Shown piece after piece: positions 9,764 through 19,665 of a stretch of DNA of 64,000 bases. A program made the position numbers and the translations under genes. Source of the DNA: Smithellaceae bacterium (GTDB taxonomy: Bacteria > Desulfobacterota > Syntrophia > Syntrophales > Smithellaceae); NCBI GenBank assembly GCA_963667845.2, contig CAXXVL010000002.1, positions 96,001 to 160,000 of the forward strand. The letters run 5' to 3'. The notes under the pieces are model-generated. The model did no database searches and was not told the DNA's origin. It saw nothing but the letters and a program-made list of their open reading frames with translations. Positions within the stretch are counted from its first letter, which is position 1. Every line of letters starts with the position of its first letter.

Positions 9764-10147
9764 GGCTTACTCCGGACACGCATCTTAGCCCTGAACAGCA
9801 ACAATTTTAGTCAGACGGGCACCTCTGGCTATAAATATAGGCGCGGCATCGCTGAAATCAAGGTCTTATCCCGACGTTAAATCAGAGCGCCCTCTTTGTC
9901 GGCGTCACGTGCCCCCTGCCGAGGGGGTCGTCGGCTTCCAGAAACGCACAAATTATCCACCCATCGCCTCCTCCGAGCCGCTGCGACATCATCTCTGATT
10001 GAGAACTGGTATTTGAGCCTCAGTTACAGACTATCCCGAGCAGGGAGAGTGGGCGTCAGACTGCAGCAATCGGGTGTCCATGACGGGTGGTTCTTTTTTC
10101 ACCGGTCCATACCGGTGAAGATCGCAAGAAAAGGCATGATTTATTGA

Positions 10148-10164
10148 TGTATACGAAGTATACA
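10148..10164. promoter_or_regulatory. Palindromic box TGTAT-N7-ATACA
   Basis: tgtat-acgaagt-ataca; same geometry as 10417 and 58644. Confidence 0.6.
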
Positions 10165-10416
10165 AACTACACGGCAGCGACATTGCGAATTCGCAGATGA
10201 TCTATTTTTATATCCATCTTAAATATCAGGGAAATGGGGTCCCCTACTGCTTTATTTTCCGCAAGCACTCTTCCCGAAATTCTAATTTTTTTATGAGATT
10301 TTCAATTATTTGCTTTTCCCGAAGCTTCGTACGTTATGAAATAGTAAATGATCTTAATCGCTTTTACGCCTCCGGGCGGACGACGCCTGTTTCATCAGAC
10401 CGGTGCACCAAAGGTT

Positions 10417-10433
10417 TGTATACACTCTATACA
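10417..10433. promoter_or_regulatory. Palindromic box TGTAT-N7-ATACA (putative activator UAS)
   Basis: tgtat-acactct-ataca with flanking tt/aa extension, about 220 bp upstream of sigma54 promoter. Confidence 0.6.
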
Positions 10434-10654
10434 AAATTGATTCTTTTCCGGATAGATGAGGACATGATCATGTAGTAAATACCCGGCAATGAAAAATATT
10501 ATAATGCCGCGTCTCCAATTCTTAGAGAGCCCGAGTTCTCTTTGTAAATACACGTACTCACGGAACTATGTCTTATTGAAAAAACCGGCGCCCTATTCGC
10601 GTTTGACAAAATTCTTATTTATGTGCAACATGCAGAAAGTTTTTTATTGATTTC

Positions 10655-10670
10655 TGGTATGCACTTTGCT
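10655..10670 (+). promoter_or_regulatory. sigma54 (-24/-12) promoter for ligase-TRAP operon
   Basis: TGGTATGCACTTTGCT fits TGGCAC-N5-TTGCW with exact GG-N10-GC spacing. Confidence 0.7.
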
Positions 10671-11028
10671 TTTTTTATTGATTACTTTCAGGCGGGATTA
10701 CCGCCCGTCTTAGACAAGAAGGGAAAAGCAGACGATCATAAATACCGGTCGAGGCAATTCCTGTAGACACAGCCATTTAACGTCAAAAGATTATTTCAAG
10801 AACATGCAGTTGTTATTAGCTGCCTGGCGTCTCACATCGGATATTCGCCCTGAGATCCGGGCACTCTCAACAAAGAGAAGCCGGGGCCTGTAGTAGTTGA
10901 TGTCAGTAAAGCTCCAGCAGCCGCCTGGGCGGTTGTACCGGGAATGATGGTCTCCAGAAAAATCCGTACGGACGGAACTCGTGCCTTTACGGGTGAAGAC
11001 AATAATTCTTAAGAAAAGGAGAAGAACC

Positions 11029-12633
11029 ATGAACATCGGACGCTTGGCAGACGATAATATCCAGAGATTCGGCGAATACGATTTTGTTTGTTTCAACGGC
11101 AAAACGCACACGAACATCGAGCTGAACCGTACCACCAATCGGTTGGGCAATGCCCTGAAGAAACTGGGCATCAAAAAGGGCGACCGGGTCGGCGTCCAGA
11201 CGCTCAACTGCCCCGAGCTCATTCAGACCTTTTTTGCAACCTTCAAAATCGGGGCCATCCTGGTCCCGGTCAATCCATCCCTGCGGGTCTCTGAACTCGC
11301 TTATATTTATAAAGACGCGGGATTATCCGCTTTGATCAGCCACAGCGATTATCTCGCCAATATTACGGAAGCCCGCAAAGAAGCTCCCGGGCTCAGGCAC
11401 GTGATCTTCTGCGGAGATAAAATCCCGGAGGGCGCCCTTGGCTTTACTGAAATCACCGGACGGGAATCGGATCAACTGGCCCTTACTGAGACGGATAATG
11501 ACGATACGGCCGTAATGATCTACACCGCAGGCACCACAGGAAACCCGAAGGGCGTTATGCTGACACACTACAACTGGTATTCGCATGTAACGGGATACTA
11601 TGATGTGGTTTTACTTGACTCCTGGGGCATTTCCGTCAGGGGCATTATGCATGAAAAAGACGGCGGGCAGGCTAAAAAAGAGGAAAAGGAAGGCGAAGTT
11701 TTCGGCGTCAGCCGCAACCGGGTGTCGCTGATTACACTTCCCCTGTTCCACGGTTACGGTGTTTTCGCTTTGAATCTCGAGTTTCTGACAGGAGGCAAAC
11801 TCGTCGTCATCAACCGCTGGGATCCCGAAGAGGCCATGAAATGTATTGAAAAGTACAAAGTCACCGATTTTCGCGGCGTGCCCACGATGTACATCCAGAT
11901 CCTCAACCACCCCGCAGCATCAAAATATGATTTGAGCTCACTTAAGACCTGCATCTGCGGCGCAGCGCCGATGCCGCTGGAAGTGGCCCGCAGCTGGCGG
12001 GAAAAATATAAGAATGACATCTGGGAAGGGTACGGGCTCAGCGAAGCGACGACGGTCAACTGCGGCAATATCGCGGGCAGACGGCCACCCAAATATGGCT
12101 CCATCGGCAAATGCTACCAGAAATGCAATACCATCAAGATCTTCGATGATAAGGACCGGGAGCTGCCGCAGGGTCAAACCGGAGAGATCGTCATCAAAGG
12201 TCCCGGGGTGATGAAAGGATACTGGAACAAGCCGGAAGAGACGGCGGCTGTGCTGCGCGACGGCTGGCTCCACACGGGCGACGTCGGCCGTATGGATGAA
12301 GACGGTTACCTCTATATCACCGACCGCAAAAAAGATTTAATCATCAGGGGTGGAGAAAACATTTACCCCAAAGAAATTGAAAACATTCTTTACATGCATC
12401 CCGACGTTCTGGAAGCAGGCGTGATCGGAATTCCCGACCCGGTGTACGGCGAAGCCGTGAAGGCGTTTGTCGCCCTCAAAGCAAACGGGGCGGTCACCGA
12501 AGCCGAGCTTCTGGACTTCTGCAAGGAACATCTGCCCACATTCAAACGGCCCAAAGCCATCCAGTTTCTCGACGGCCTGCCTAAGAGTGCCGTGGGCAAG
12601 ATCTTGCGCCGGGAATTGAGGAATATCAAATAA
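11029..12633 (+). CDS. Long-chain fatty acid-CoA ligase
   Basis: YTAGTTGNPKG, GYGLSE, TGD, DRKKD, LPKSAVGK; start at ATG 11029 with aaggag RBS. Confidence 0.92.
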   Translation: MNIGRLADDNIQRFGEYDFVCFNGKTHTNIELNRTTNRLGNALKKLGIKKGDRVGVQTLNCPELIQTFFATFKIGAILVPVNPSLRVSELAYIYKDAGLSALISHSDYLANITEARKEAPGLRHVIFCGDKIPEGALGFTEITGRESDQLALTETDNDDTAVMIYTAGTTGNPKGVMLTHYNWYSHVTGYYDVVLLDSWGISVRGIMHEKDGGQAKKEEKEGEVFGVSRNRVSLITLPLFHGYGVFALNLEFLTGGKLVVINRWDPEEAMKCIEKYKVTDFRGVPTMYIQILNHPAASKYDLSSLKTCICGAAPMPLEVARSWREKYKNDIWEGYGLSEATTVNCGNIAGRRPPKYGSIGKCYQKCNTIKIFDDKDRELPQGQTGEIVIKGPGVMKGYWNKPEETAAVLRDGWLHTGDVGRMDEDGYLYITDRKKDLIIRGGENIYPKEIENILYMHPDVLEAGVIGIPDPVYGEAVKAFVALKANGAVTEAELLDFCKEHLPTFKRPKAIQFLDGLPKSAVGKILRRELRNIK

Positions 12634-12838
12634 CACAGGCTGCCCCCGAAAGGGCTTTCCGCGGTTCCGCGGCGGCCGGGGGGACTGGAGCTAAAAACAT
12701 AGAATACAAAGGGTAAAAATAGATCGACAGGGAGGTGATAAACGAAATTTATAAAATGGATTGCTTTGCCGATAGGGGAGGTACCGTTTCAAAACTGTTT
12801 CATATTTGCATTGACTATAATCAAGAGGAGGATGGAAA

Positions 12839-13867
12839 ATGAAGGGTAAGTTTTATTCGGTAGCATGCGCAGTCTTAGTTTGTTTCGTCATCATGATGGG
12901 GTCCGCCGGCACCGCCCGGAGCGAGGTCCTGAAGAACATAAAATTCCTGTCCGGTCCCACCGGAACCACCTGGTATTCTCAGGCCGCGGCCTTTTCGGGG
13001 ATCGCATCCAACAAACTCGGCATGAACGTCGATGCCATGACCGGCTCCGCGATCAGCAACGTCATCCAGATCGAAAGGGGCAAAGCCGCCCTGGGTCTGA
13101 CCTTTGCTTCTTATCTGCCGGCCATGGCCACGGGAAAAGTGGTTGCCACCATCGGCAAGGATGAATATTTCAAACAGCCGCTCAAGAAAGCCAAAGTGCT
13201 CTGCTATACGACCACGGCTGCTTATGTCCTTCTGGTCGATGCCAGTTCTCCCTATAAAAAAGTTTCCGACCTGAAAGGTAAAAAGATTACTTATGTCACC
13301 TATCCCTCCGGCTTTACCGCCCGCTTTGTCCCCGAGCAGATCCTCGAAGCTCATGGAATCACCTACGACAGCATCAAAAAAGCCGGCGGCAAAGTGGACA
13401 TTGTAGGCAAGTACCAGGAAGCCTGCGACCTGCTTTCCAGAAATCAGGCGGACGTGATTTCCTACACCATGGCCACCAACGCCCAGGCGGCGGCCCTGGC
13501 GGAGCTCGAATCCCAGAAGAAGTTTCGCATTCTTTCATACGACAAGAAAGCTATAGATGAAGTTCTCTCGGAAATTCCTCTGATTCAAACGACTATCAAA
13601 AAAGGGCTCCATGCCAGCATTACCGAGGATACTCCGGTCCTGGCCGACATCACCGTCTGGATGGTCAGCGCCGATGTTCCGGATGAAACGGTAACCGTTA
13701 TTCTCGAGGGGCTGTTGAAAAACATGGAGACCATGGCCCAGGTCGGTAACGTCGAATTCAAGGGCATGACCGCTAAAGATCTTTCGCGCCTTTACGGCAA
13801 GGGCAAGCAAGTTCCCATGCACCCCGCGGCATTGAAATTCTACAAAAGCAAGGGCGCCATCAAATAG
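12839..13867 (+). CDS. TAXI-family TRAP transporter solute receptor
   Basis: Signal peptide, SGPTGTTWY, GSAISN, PMHPAALKFYK C-terminal TAXI motif. Confidence 0.88.
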   Translation: MKGKFYSVACAVLVCFVIMMGSAGTARSEVLKNIKFLSGPTGTTWYSQAAAFSGIASNKLGMNVDAMTGSAISNVIQIERGKAALGLTFASYLPAMATGKVVATIGKDEYFKQPLKKAKVLCYTTTAAYVLLVDASSPYKKVSDLKGKKITYVTYPSGFTARFVPEQILEAHGITYDSIKKAGGKVDIVGKYQEACDLLSRNQADVISYTMATNAQAAALAELESQKKFRILSYDKKAIDEVLSEIPLIQTTIKKGLHASITEDTPVLADITVWMVSADVPDETVTVILEGLLKNMETMAQVGNVEFKGMTAKDLSRLYGKGKQVPMHPAALKFYKSKGAIK

Positions 13868-13963
13868 GCAAAAAGAGTCTTCGTATTCAAGTGTGCGGGT
13901 CCGTCCCCGGCATGATCCCGGAGGCGGATTTCCACCCCATCAACCAACCGAGGAGGTTATGCA

Positions 13964-15859
13964 GTGAACAGAAATCTTACAGGCATCCCCGGGCATGTCA
14001 TGTCTGCCATTGGCGCTATCTTGTCCGTCTTTGTTTTATCCATCGTGATTTTGGGCCCCCTTCTCGGATACGCCCTGTCACTGGCCGTTTTTACTTTTTT
14101 CGCGCTTCCGATGACGTTTATGATGTATTCAGGAGGCACAAGTCCCTTCTGGAAAAAGATCAATTTTGTCGACTGGATCTGGACTGTCCTGTCCATTGTA
14201 TCGATAGGATATCTGATCGTGAATTACAACCATATCTTGACGCGTGTCGAATATGTGAGCGAAATTTCAGCCTTCGAGATGACGATGGGCATTATCGGCA
14301 TCCTCGCCGTCCTGGAGGCGACAAGGCGGGCGATGGGGACGGCGATGGCCGTGATCGCCTTTGTTTTGCTGCTTTACGTGCTGTTCGGAAATCATCTGCC
14401 GTCGGCTTTGGGCCACGCCGGATTTGATTTCGACTGGACGGTGGACACGATGTATCTGACCTCGAAGGGCATCTTCGGAAGTCCGCTGTGGGTGGTGATC
14501 ACCCTGGCCTTCCCCTTCATTCTTTACGGCGTCATCCTCGAAGAGCTCGGCATTCTCCAGACGTTTCTCGATTTCTCCAACCGTCTGCTTGGAAATACTC
14601 CCGGCGCGCCGGCCAAAACGGCGATCATCGCCGGAACGTTTGTCGGAATGGCGAGCGGCCTTCCCATGTCGAGCACTTACCTGATCGGCTATCCCACGAT
14701 TCCCGAGATGAAGAGGGTCGGTTATCCGGCCCGAACCGCCGGGGCGATTGCCGCCGTGGTGGGAACCGCCGCGCAGCTCATGCCCCCGATGCTCGGCGTG
14801 GCGGCCTTTATTGTCGCCCAGTACATGGGCGTTCCCTACATCAAGGTCTGCCAGTACACACTTCTTCCCGCGCTCATGTTCTACTTCTGCTTCTACTGCA
14901 CGGTTGATTTCTCAACGCGGAAGTGGGGGATTAAGGCGCAGGAGGCCGTGCTCAAGACCTACAGCAGGATCCTGATGGACGGTTTTTATATCTTCATCGT
15001 TACCATCGGCGTACTCACCTATTTTCTCGTGATGTTTTATCCGGTGGGTCTGGCCGCCCTGTATGCCTGCACACTGGCCCTGCTCCTCGGGCTGATTCGG
15101 AAGAGCGGCCGCGTGAACGTCAAGATGCTCTATACGATCCTGGCCAAGACGGGAAAGACCTCGGTGTTCATTTCCATCGCCTGCATGGCGGCGGGAATCA
15201 TCACCGGCCTCCTGGTAGAGACCGGCCTCAACCTCAAATTTGCCAACATGGTCATTTCCATCGGCCGGGATAATTTATTTATCGCCCTGGTCCTGTCCGC
15301 CGTGGCCATTCTGATCTTGAGCATGGGCATGCCCTCCATTCCGGCGTACATCACCGGTATTGCCATCTTCGGCCCGGCTCTGATGAAGCTGGGGATTCTG
15401 CCGGCGGCGGCCCACATCTTCTGCTTTTACTACGCCGCGCTGTATGCCATCACGCCGCCCGTTGCTTTTGCTTCCTATGCGGGTGCGCAAATCGCCGGAG
15501 AAGATCCGTTCATGACCGGGCTCGTCGCCTGCAAGCTCGGGATCATGACCTATGTGGTTCCGTTCCTCTTTGTCTATAACCCGGCGCTGCTCTTGATTCC
15601 GGAGTACTGGAATGTCTGGGAGGTCATCCGGCTGATCGTCTTCTATCTCCCCGGACTGCTGCTCTTTGCAGCCGGCCTGGCCAGTTTCTGGGCCAAGAAG
15701 ATGGGCTGGGTGGATACGGTGGTCTCCCTGGTGGGCGGGATTCTGCTGTTGTTCCCGACATTCTATGTGCAGATTTTCGGTTTGGCTGCGTTTATTTACA
15801 TTTTCATCCGGCAGGATATTTTCAATGTCTATCTGCGCCGGAAACCGGTCGCTGCGTAG
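13964..15859 (+). CDS. TRAP transporter fused (4TM/12TM) permease
   Basis: Highly hydrophobic; LEATRR, QLMPPMLG, MGMPS, ITPPVA motifs; GTG start 7 nt after aggagg. Confidence 0.9.
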   Translation: MNRNLTGIPGHVMSAIGAILSVFVLSIVILGPLLGYALSLAVFTFFALPMTFMMYSGGTSPFWKKINFVDWIWTVLSIVSIGYLIVNYNHILTRVEYVSEISAFEMTMGIIGILAVLEATRRAMGTAMAVIAFVLLLYVLFGNHLPSALGHAGFDFDWTVDTMYLTSKGIFGSPLWVVITLAFPFILYGVILEELGILQTFLDFSNRLLGNTPGAPAKTAIIAGTFVGMASGLPMSSTYLIGYPTIPEMKRVGYPARTAGAIAAVVGTAAQLMPPMLGVAAFIVAQYMGVPYIKVCQYTLLPALMFYFCFYCTVDFSTRKWGIKAQEAVLKTYSRILMDGFYIFIVTIGVLTYFLVMFYPVGLAALYACTLALLLGLIRKSGRVNVKMLYTILAKTGKTSVFISIACMAAGIITGLLVETGLNLKFANMVISIGRDNLFIALVLSAVAILILSMGMPSIPAYITGIAIFGPALMKLGILPAAAHIFCFYYAALYAITPPVAFASYAGAQIAGEDPFMTGLVACKLGIMTYVVPFLFVYNPALLLIPEYWNVWEVIRLIVFYLPGLLLFAAGLASFWAKKMGWVDTVVSLVGGILLLFPTFYVQIFGLAAFIYIFIRQDIFNVYLRRKPVAA

Positions 15860-16141
15860 GATGATCAAAACAAAAGGCATCGTCCACTCCTTGTTCAGTC
15901 TTGGATGAGGGCGATGCCTTTTCTACGATGACAGACCATGAGCAATGATCAGCGGAAGAACGCGGAGAATTACTTCCAATCGGGTATTTTGACTGCATCC
16001 CTTTCCTCGCCCGCGAGAATCGTTTTAGCTCCAGCTCGCCGGAATGTTTGCTTGACAAGCTAAAACAGCCCCCTATATACTTCCGCGTCTCGAAAGCGGT
16101 ATCTGAGGCAATGAAATCATCGGAAGGATAAAACACGACAC

Positions 16142-17596
16142 ATGAACATGGTAAGGATGCTTCAGGAAACCACCGAGCGTTATCCGGAAAACCCGGCCGT
16201 CATTTTCGACGGCAAACAAATACTGTATAAAGATCTCGACCGCTACGTCGAGGCGCTTGCCCGCCATCTGCAGGAGCAGGGCGTCGTGAAAGGCGATAAA
16301 GTCGCCATCATGCTGGGCAACTGCCCCGAGTTTGTGATTTCTTATTTTGCCGCTTTGCGGCTTGGCGCCATCGCCGTAACGCTGAACGTCATGTCCACGT
16401 CTTATGAACTTCAGCATCTCATTTGGAACTGCGAGGCAAAGGTTATGATCACGACGGACAACCTGGCCAAACGATTCCAGGCCATTGCAGAGTCGCTGCC
16501 GCAGTGCCGGCACCTGATCACGACCTGCGGCCTTACGCCCGGATCGCCCTTCGACGGCATCATCAAAACCTGCGGGATCGCCGCGGATATCCCCGCGCTC
16601 GCAGGCAGCGATCCGGCGGTGATGATCTACACGGCCGGTCTCACGGGCAAGCCTCTGGGCGCCGTATTAACCTATGACAATCTGGCCACACAGGCGGATC
16701 TGCTGCGCACGATCTGCAACGGCACGACAAAAGATCGCTCCCTGGCCGTTATCCCGCTGTTCCATTCCTTCGGAGCTGCGGTCAATATGCTCTGCCCTCT
16801 CTGCATCGGAGGCGCCATCGTCTTAATGGACCGCTTCACGATGGAAGGCATCTTTTCGACCATCCAGAGGGAGCAGGTAACGTATATCACGGCCGTGCCG
16901 CGGCTCTTCATGGGCATGCTTTTCCACGATAAGCTGAAAGATTACGATCTCAGTTCACTGCGCGTGGGCATTACCGGCGGATCGCCGATGCCGCCCGAGC
17001 TGTTTGCCGAATTTGAAAAGCATCTGGGCATCCAGGTGCTGGAAGGTTACGGGCTCACGGAGACGTCTCCCTGCTGCATCTTCACCATGCCGGACAAAGT
17101 GCAGAAGCCCGGGGCAATCGGCACGGTGCTGCCGGGCGTTGAGGCAAAGGTCATTGACGAGGACGGCCGTGAAGTGGCCCGGGGCGTTGTCGGCGAACTG
17201 GCCGTCCGCGGCAAGGTCGTTATGCAGGGCTACTATAAAGATGAAGCGGCCACGGTCGAAGTCATTCGCGACGGCTGGCTGCATACGGGCGATCTGGCCC
17301 ACATGGATGATGAAGGTTACGTTTTTCTGGACGGGGTGAAAAAACGGATGATCATCACCAGCGGTTTCAATGTCTACCCCAAAGAGGTGGAGTTGGTTCT
17401 GGATATGCATCCCGCTGTCGCTGAGTCGCGGGTCGTCGGCGAAAAAGACCTCTTGCGCGGCGAATTGGTCAAAGCCATCATTATAAAGAAACCCGGCTGT
17501 GAAACGGACGATAAAGAAATCATTCAGCACTGCCGGAATTATCTCTCCTCCTACAAGGTTCCCCGGGAAATCGTCTTTGAGAGCGCTGAAGGATAG
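16142..17596 (+). CDS. Acyl-CoA ligase-like protein with degenerate catalytic motifs
   Basis: AMP-binding fold motifs GYGLTE and TGD present; P-loop YTAGLTGKPLG; ends before the LPKxxxGK motif. Confidence 0.85.
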   Translation: MNMVRMLQETTERYPENPAVIFDGKQILYKDLDRYVEALARHLQEQGVVKGDKVAIMLGNCPEFVISYFAALRLGAIAVTLNVMSTSYELQHLIWNCEAKVMITTDNLAKRFQAIAESLPQCRHLITTCGLTPGSPFDGIIKTCGIAADIPALAGSDPAVMIYTAGLTGKPLGAVLTYDNLATQADLLRTICNGTTKDRSLAVIPLFHSFGAAVNMLCPLCIGGAIVLMDRFTMEGIFSTIQREQVTYITAVPRLFMGMLFHDKLKDYDLSSLRVGITGGSPMPPELFAEFEKHLGIQVLEGYGLTETSPCCIFTMPDKVQKPGAIGTVLPGVEAKVIDEDGREVARGVVGELAVRGKVVMQGYYKDEAATVEVIRDGWLHTGDLAHMDDEGYVFLDGVKKRMIITSGFNVYPKEVELVLDMHPAVAESRVVGEKDLLRGELVKAIIIKKPGCETDDKEIIQHCRNYLSSYKVPREIVFESAEG

Positions 17597-17663
17597 AGGA
17601 TTGACCCGGCAAAAGCTGCAAAGAACCTTTTAATTTCAATCCTCAATTGAAGAGTTATCCCAT

Positions 17664-17702
17664 AAAAAACCCTCAGCCGTAAATGGAAAGCTGAGGGTTT
17701 TT
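17664..17702. terminator. Bidirectional terminator between convergent genes
   Basis: aaaaaccctcagc/gctgagggttttt. Confidence 0.8.
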
Positions 17703-17727
17703 GTCGGCTCACAGCAATCGTGTCCTG

Positions 17728-18282
17728 CTATTTCATCGCAATCAACTCATCCGTGATTTTGAGAACAGCGTCGATCTCCGGTTTCGTCCACGGGGAGTTC
17801 TTATCGGTATACCTTAGATATTTGATCTTTTTGTCTTTGCCGATCAGCACAAACACCGACTTGCCTTTACAGTTGCCCAACCCCCAGGTCTTGGCCAGCG
17901 TCAGATCGACATCGGTCAGGATTGTGCTTTTATATTTTTCAATTTTACTCCTGACCATTTTTCGAATAAGAAAATTGGGCGCGGTGGAGTCCTTCATATT
18001 GGCGACTCCCATTCCCCTGTATACGTCCTTGCCGTATTTTTTTGCTTTCATGGCATCGTTCAGCGGATCACCTAAATCACCGACGCTGGAGTCGGCATAG
18101 GTCAGTGCAATCACGTGAGTGCCAAAATCCGGAAGCGTCGCCGGCTGATCGTTGGCATCCCGGATTTGAGGATTAGTCAGTTCCTGACCCACTTGCGCCG
18201 CGATTACCGATCCGGCGGCAAAAGCGACCATTGCACACCCAAAAAGAACAACAAAACTTTTCCATAAAAATGATCGATGCAT
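17728..18282 (-). CDS. Exported thioredoxin-like-fold protein (YtfJ-like)
   Basis: Signal peptide; redoxin-like pattern (ILTDVDLTLAKTWGL...VFVLIGKDKKIKY) without CxxC; RBS aaggagg. Confidence 0.6.
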   Translation of the reverse strand: MHRSFLWKSFVVLFGCAMVAFAAGSVIAAQVGQELTNPQIRDANDQPATLPDFGTHVIALTYADSSVGDLGDPLNDAMKAKKYGKDVYRGMGVANMKDSTAPNFLIRKMVRSKIEKYKSTILTDVDLTLAKTWGLGNCKGKSVFVLIGKDKKIKYLRYTDKNSPWTKPEIDAVLKITDELIAMK

Positions 18283-18493
18283 ATTTAACCCTCCTTTGGT
18301 TTGATAAGAGCTCCCTCCGACGCTGAAAGATCGTGAGGAATGATTCTGTTACGCCACTCATAAAACCGCATCATGACGTACTGTCGCGTGAGCCTAAGGC
18401 ACCTGCCGTCTGCCTGTCAAGCCCAAACATCATGTGACCGGGCGGTCAGTGATTTTTTTTGCGAATGATACGTGTCCAAAGGATAAAATGATT

Positions 18494-18556
18494 TCAATCC
18501 CGATCACTTGGGGACGAGCGTTAATTCCCTGTCGCTTGCTGTGAGGCGGTTGATTG
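18494..18556 (-). repeat. Repeat family A, short form (degenerate)
   Basis: Reverse complement caatcaaccgcctcacagcaagcgacagggaattaacgctcgtcccc. Confidence 0.8.
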
Positions 18557-18616
18557 GGACCCTATTCTTGATGAAGCCGCGTTATTCGTCCTCTCTACGT
18601 TGAACATGCAGCCAGA

Positions 18617-19621
18617 TCAAAACGTATGCGCAAGCGAAAAGTGAAACACCACGTCGGGCGCCGTTCCGACAATAATGTCTTCCGTAACACCGATGTCCAA
18701 CGACGTTTTCGGCGTGAAACGGAGCGTCCCTCCCATGGTCAGTTGGGCGGACGTTGCATTGATCTCTTTGAAATCACTGTCCGAATAAAATGATGTATGG
18801 GCGTTCGTCTGGATTTTCAATTCAATCCAGTCGGCAGGGCTCACACCCAGCCCCAGCGCACCGAAACCGACCAGCGGACGCTGCTGGTCCGAAAGTACCC
18901 TGCCTTTCGTCAAACCCATCGCTCCGGCCGCGCCGAATATCGTCACTTGCCCCAATGAAAATTGCTGCCCCCAATTGCCGATCATCCACGCAGACAGGTC
19001 CGTGCTGCCGCTCCCGCGCAGGGTACCCGCATCGCCTGTGGGAAGTTTCAAACTTCCGCGCAGGGTCAGATTCCGCCGGCTATCGGCACTCCGGTAAATC
19101 TGCCAGGCGGCGCTCATGCTCACGTCACCCACCCCCTGGCCGGATTGCTCCATGTTCAAAAGCGTGACACCATTTTTCTGATAGCGGTAAAGCAGGCGGT
19201 TTTTCGGCGCCAGTTCCCGGCCTCCGTTGGGGAAGCCGAATGTCGAGTGATAGGATTCGATGAAGTTGTCAAGGAAACCGCCGCCGATCACGAGGAACGG
19301 AACGGCGATGCCCAGTTCCAGTGAATGTCCGATGCCGTACCGGCCGGAAACCGTCAAACGTGTGCTTTCGCCGTCCAGCACCAGGCTTTCGGCTGCGTTC
19401 AGTTCATTGACGTAGTTATTGGCCTGATCCAGCGTCAGGCGCAGGGTACCTTCCGACCTCGCGGCAACCTTTGCAGTGCCGATGGCCGGCAGGCCGTAAA
19501 CGGCAATGAGCGGGCTTTGGTTTTGCGTCTGAAAAGGCAGGATGTCGATCGCCTCGCCTTTGACTGCACCCAGCGCCAGAAGCATCAAAAGAAAAGCAGA
19601 GCGCACAAGCTTTCTCATCAT
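18617..19621 (-). CDS. DUF3187-like outer-membrane beta-barrel protein
   Basis: Signal peptide, NQSP, LKLPTGD..GSG, terminal Phe. Confidence 0.7.
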   Translation of the reverse strand: MMRKLVRSAFLLMLLALGAVKGEAIDILPFQTQNQSPLIAVYGLPAIGTAKVAARSEGTLRLTLDQANNYVNELNAAESLVLDGESTRLTVSGRYGIGHSLELGIAVPFLVIGGGFLDNFIESYHSTFGFPNGGRELAPKNRLLYRYQKNGVTLLNMEQSGQGVGDVSMSAAWQIYRSADSRRNLTLRGSLKLPTGDAGTLRGSGSTDLSAWMIGNWGQQFSLGQVTIFGAAGAMGLTKGRVLSDQQRPLVGFGALGLGVSPADWIELKIQTNAHTSFYSDSDFKEINATSAQLTMGGTLRFTPKTSLDIGVTEDIIVGTAPDVVFHFSLAHTF

Positions 19622-19665
19622 ATCGATCGGTCATCCTTTTTTTCTAGTATTGACCCGTCGGGGCA

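Noticed and set aside
13959..13967. ATG-CAG-TGA mini-ORF overlapping the permease GTG
   Set aside because: Only 2 nt from the SD; the GTG has optimal spacing
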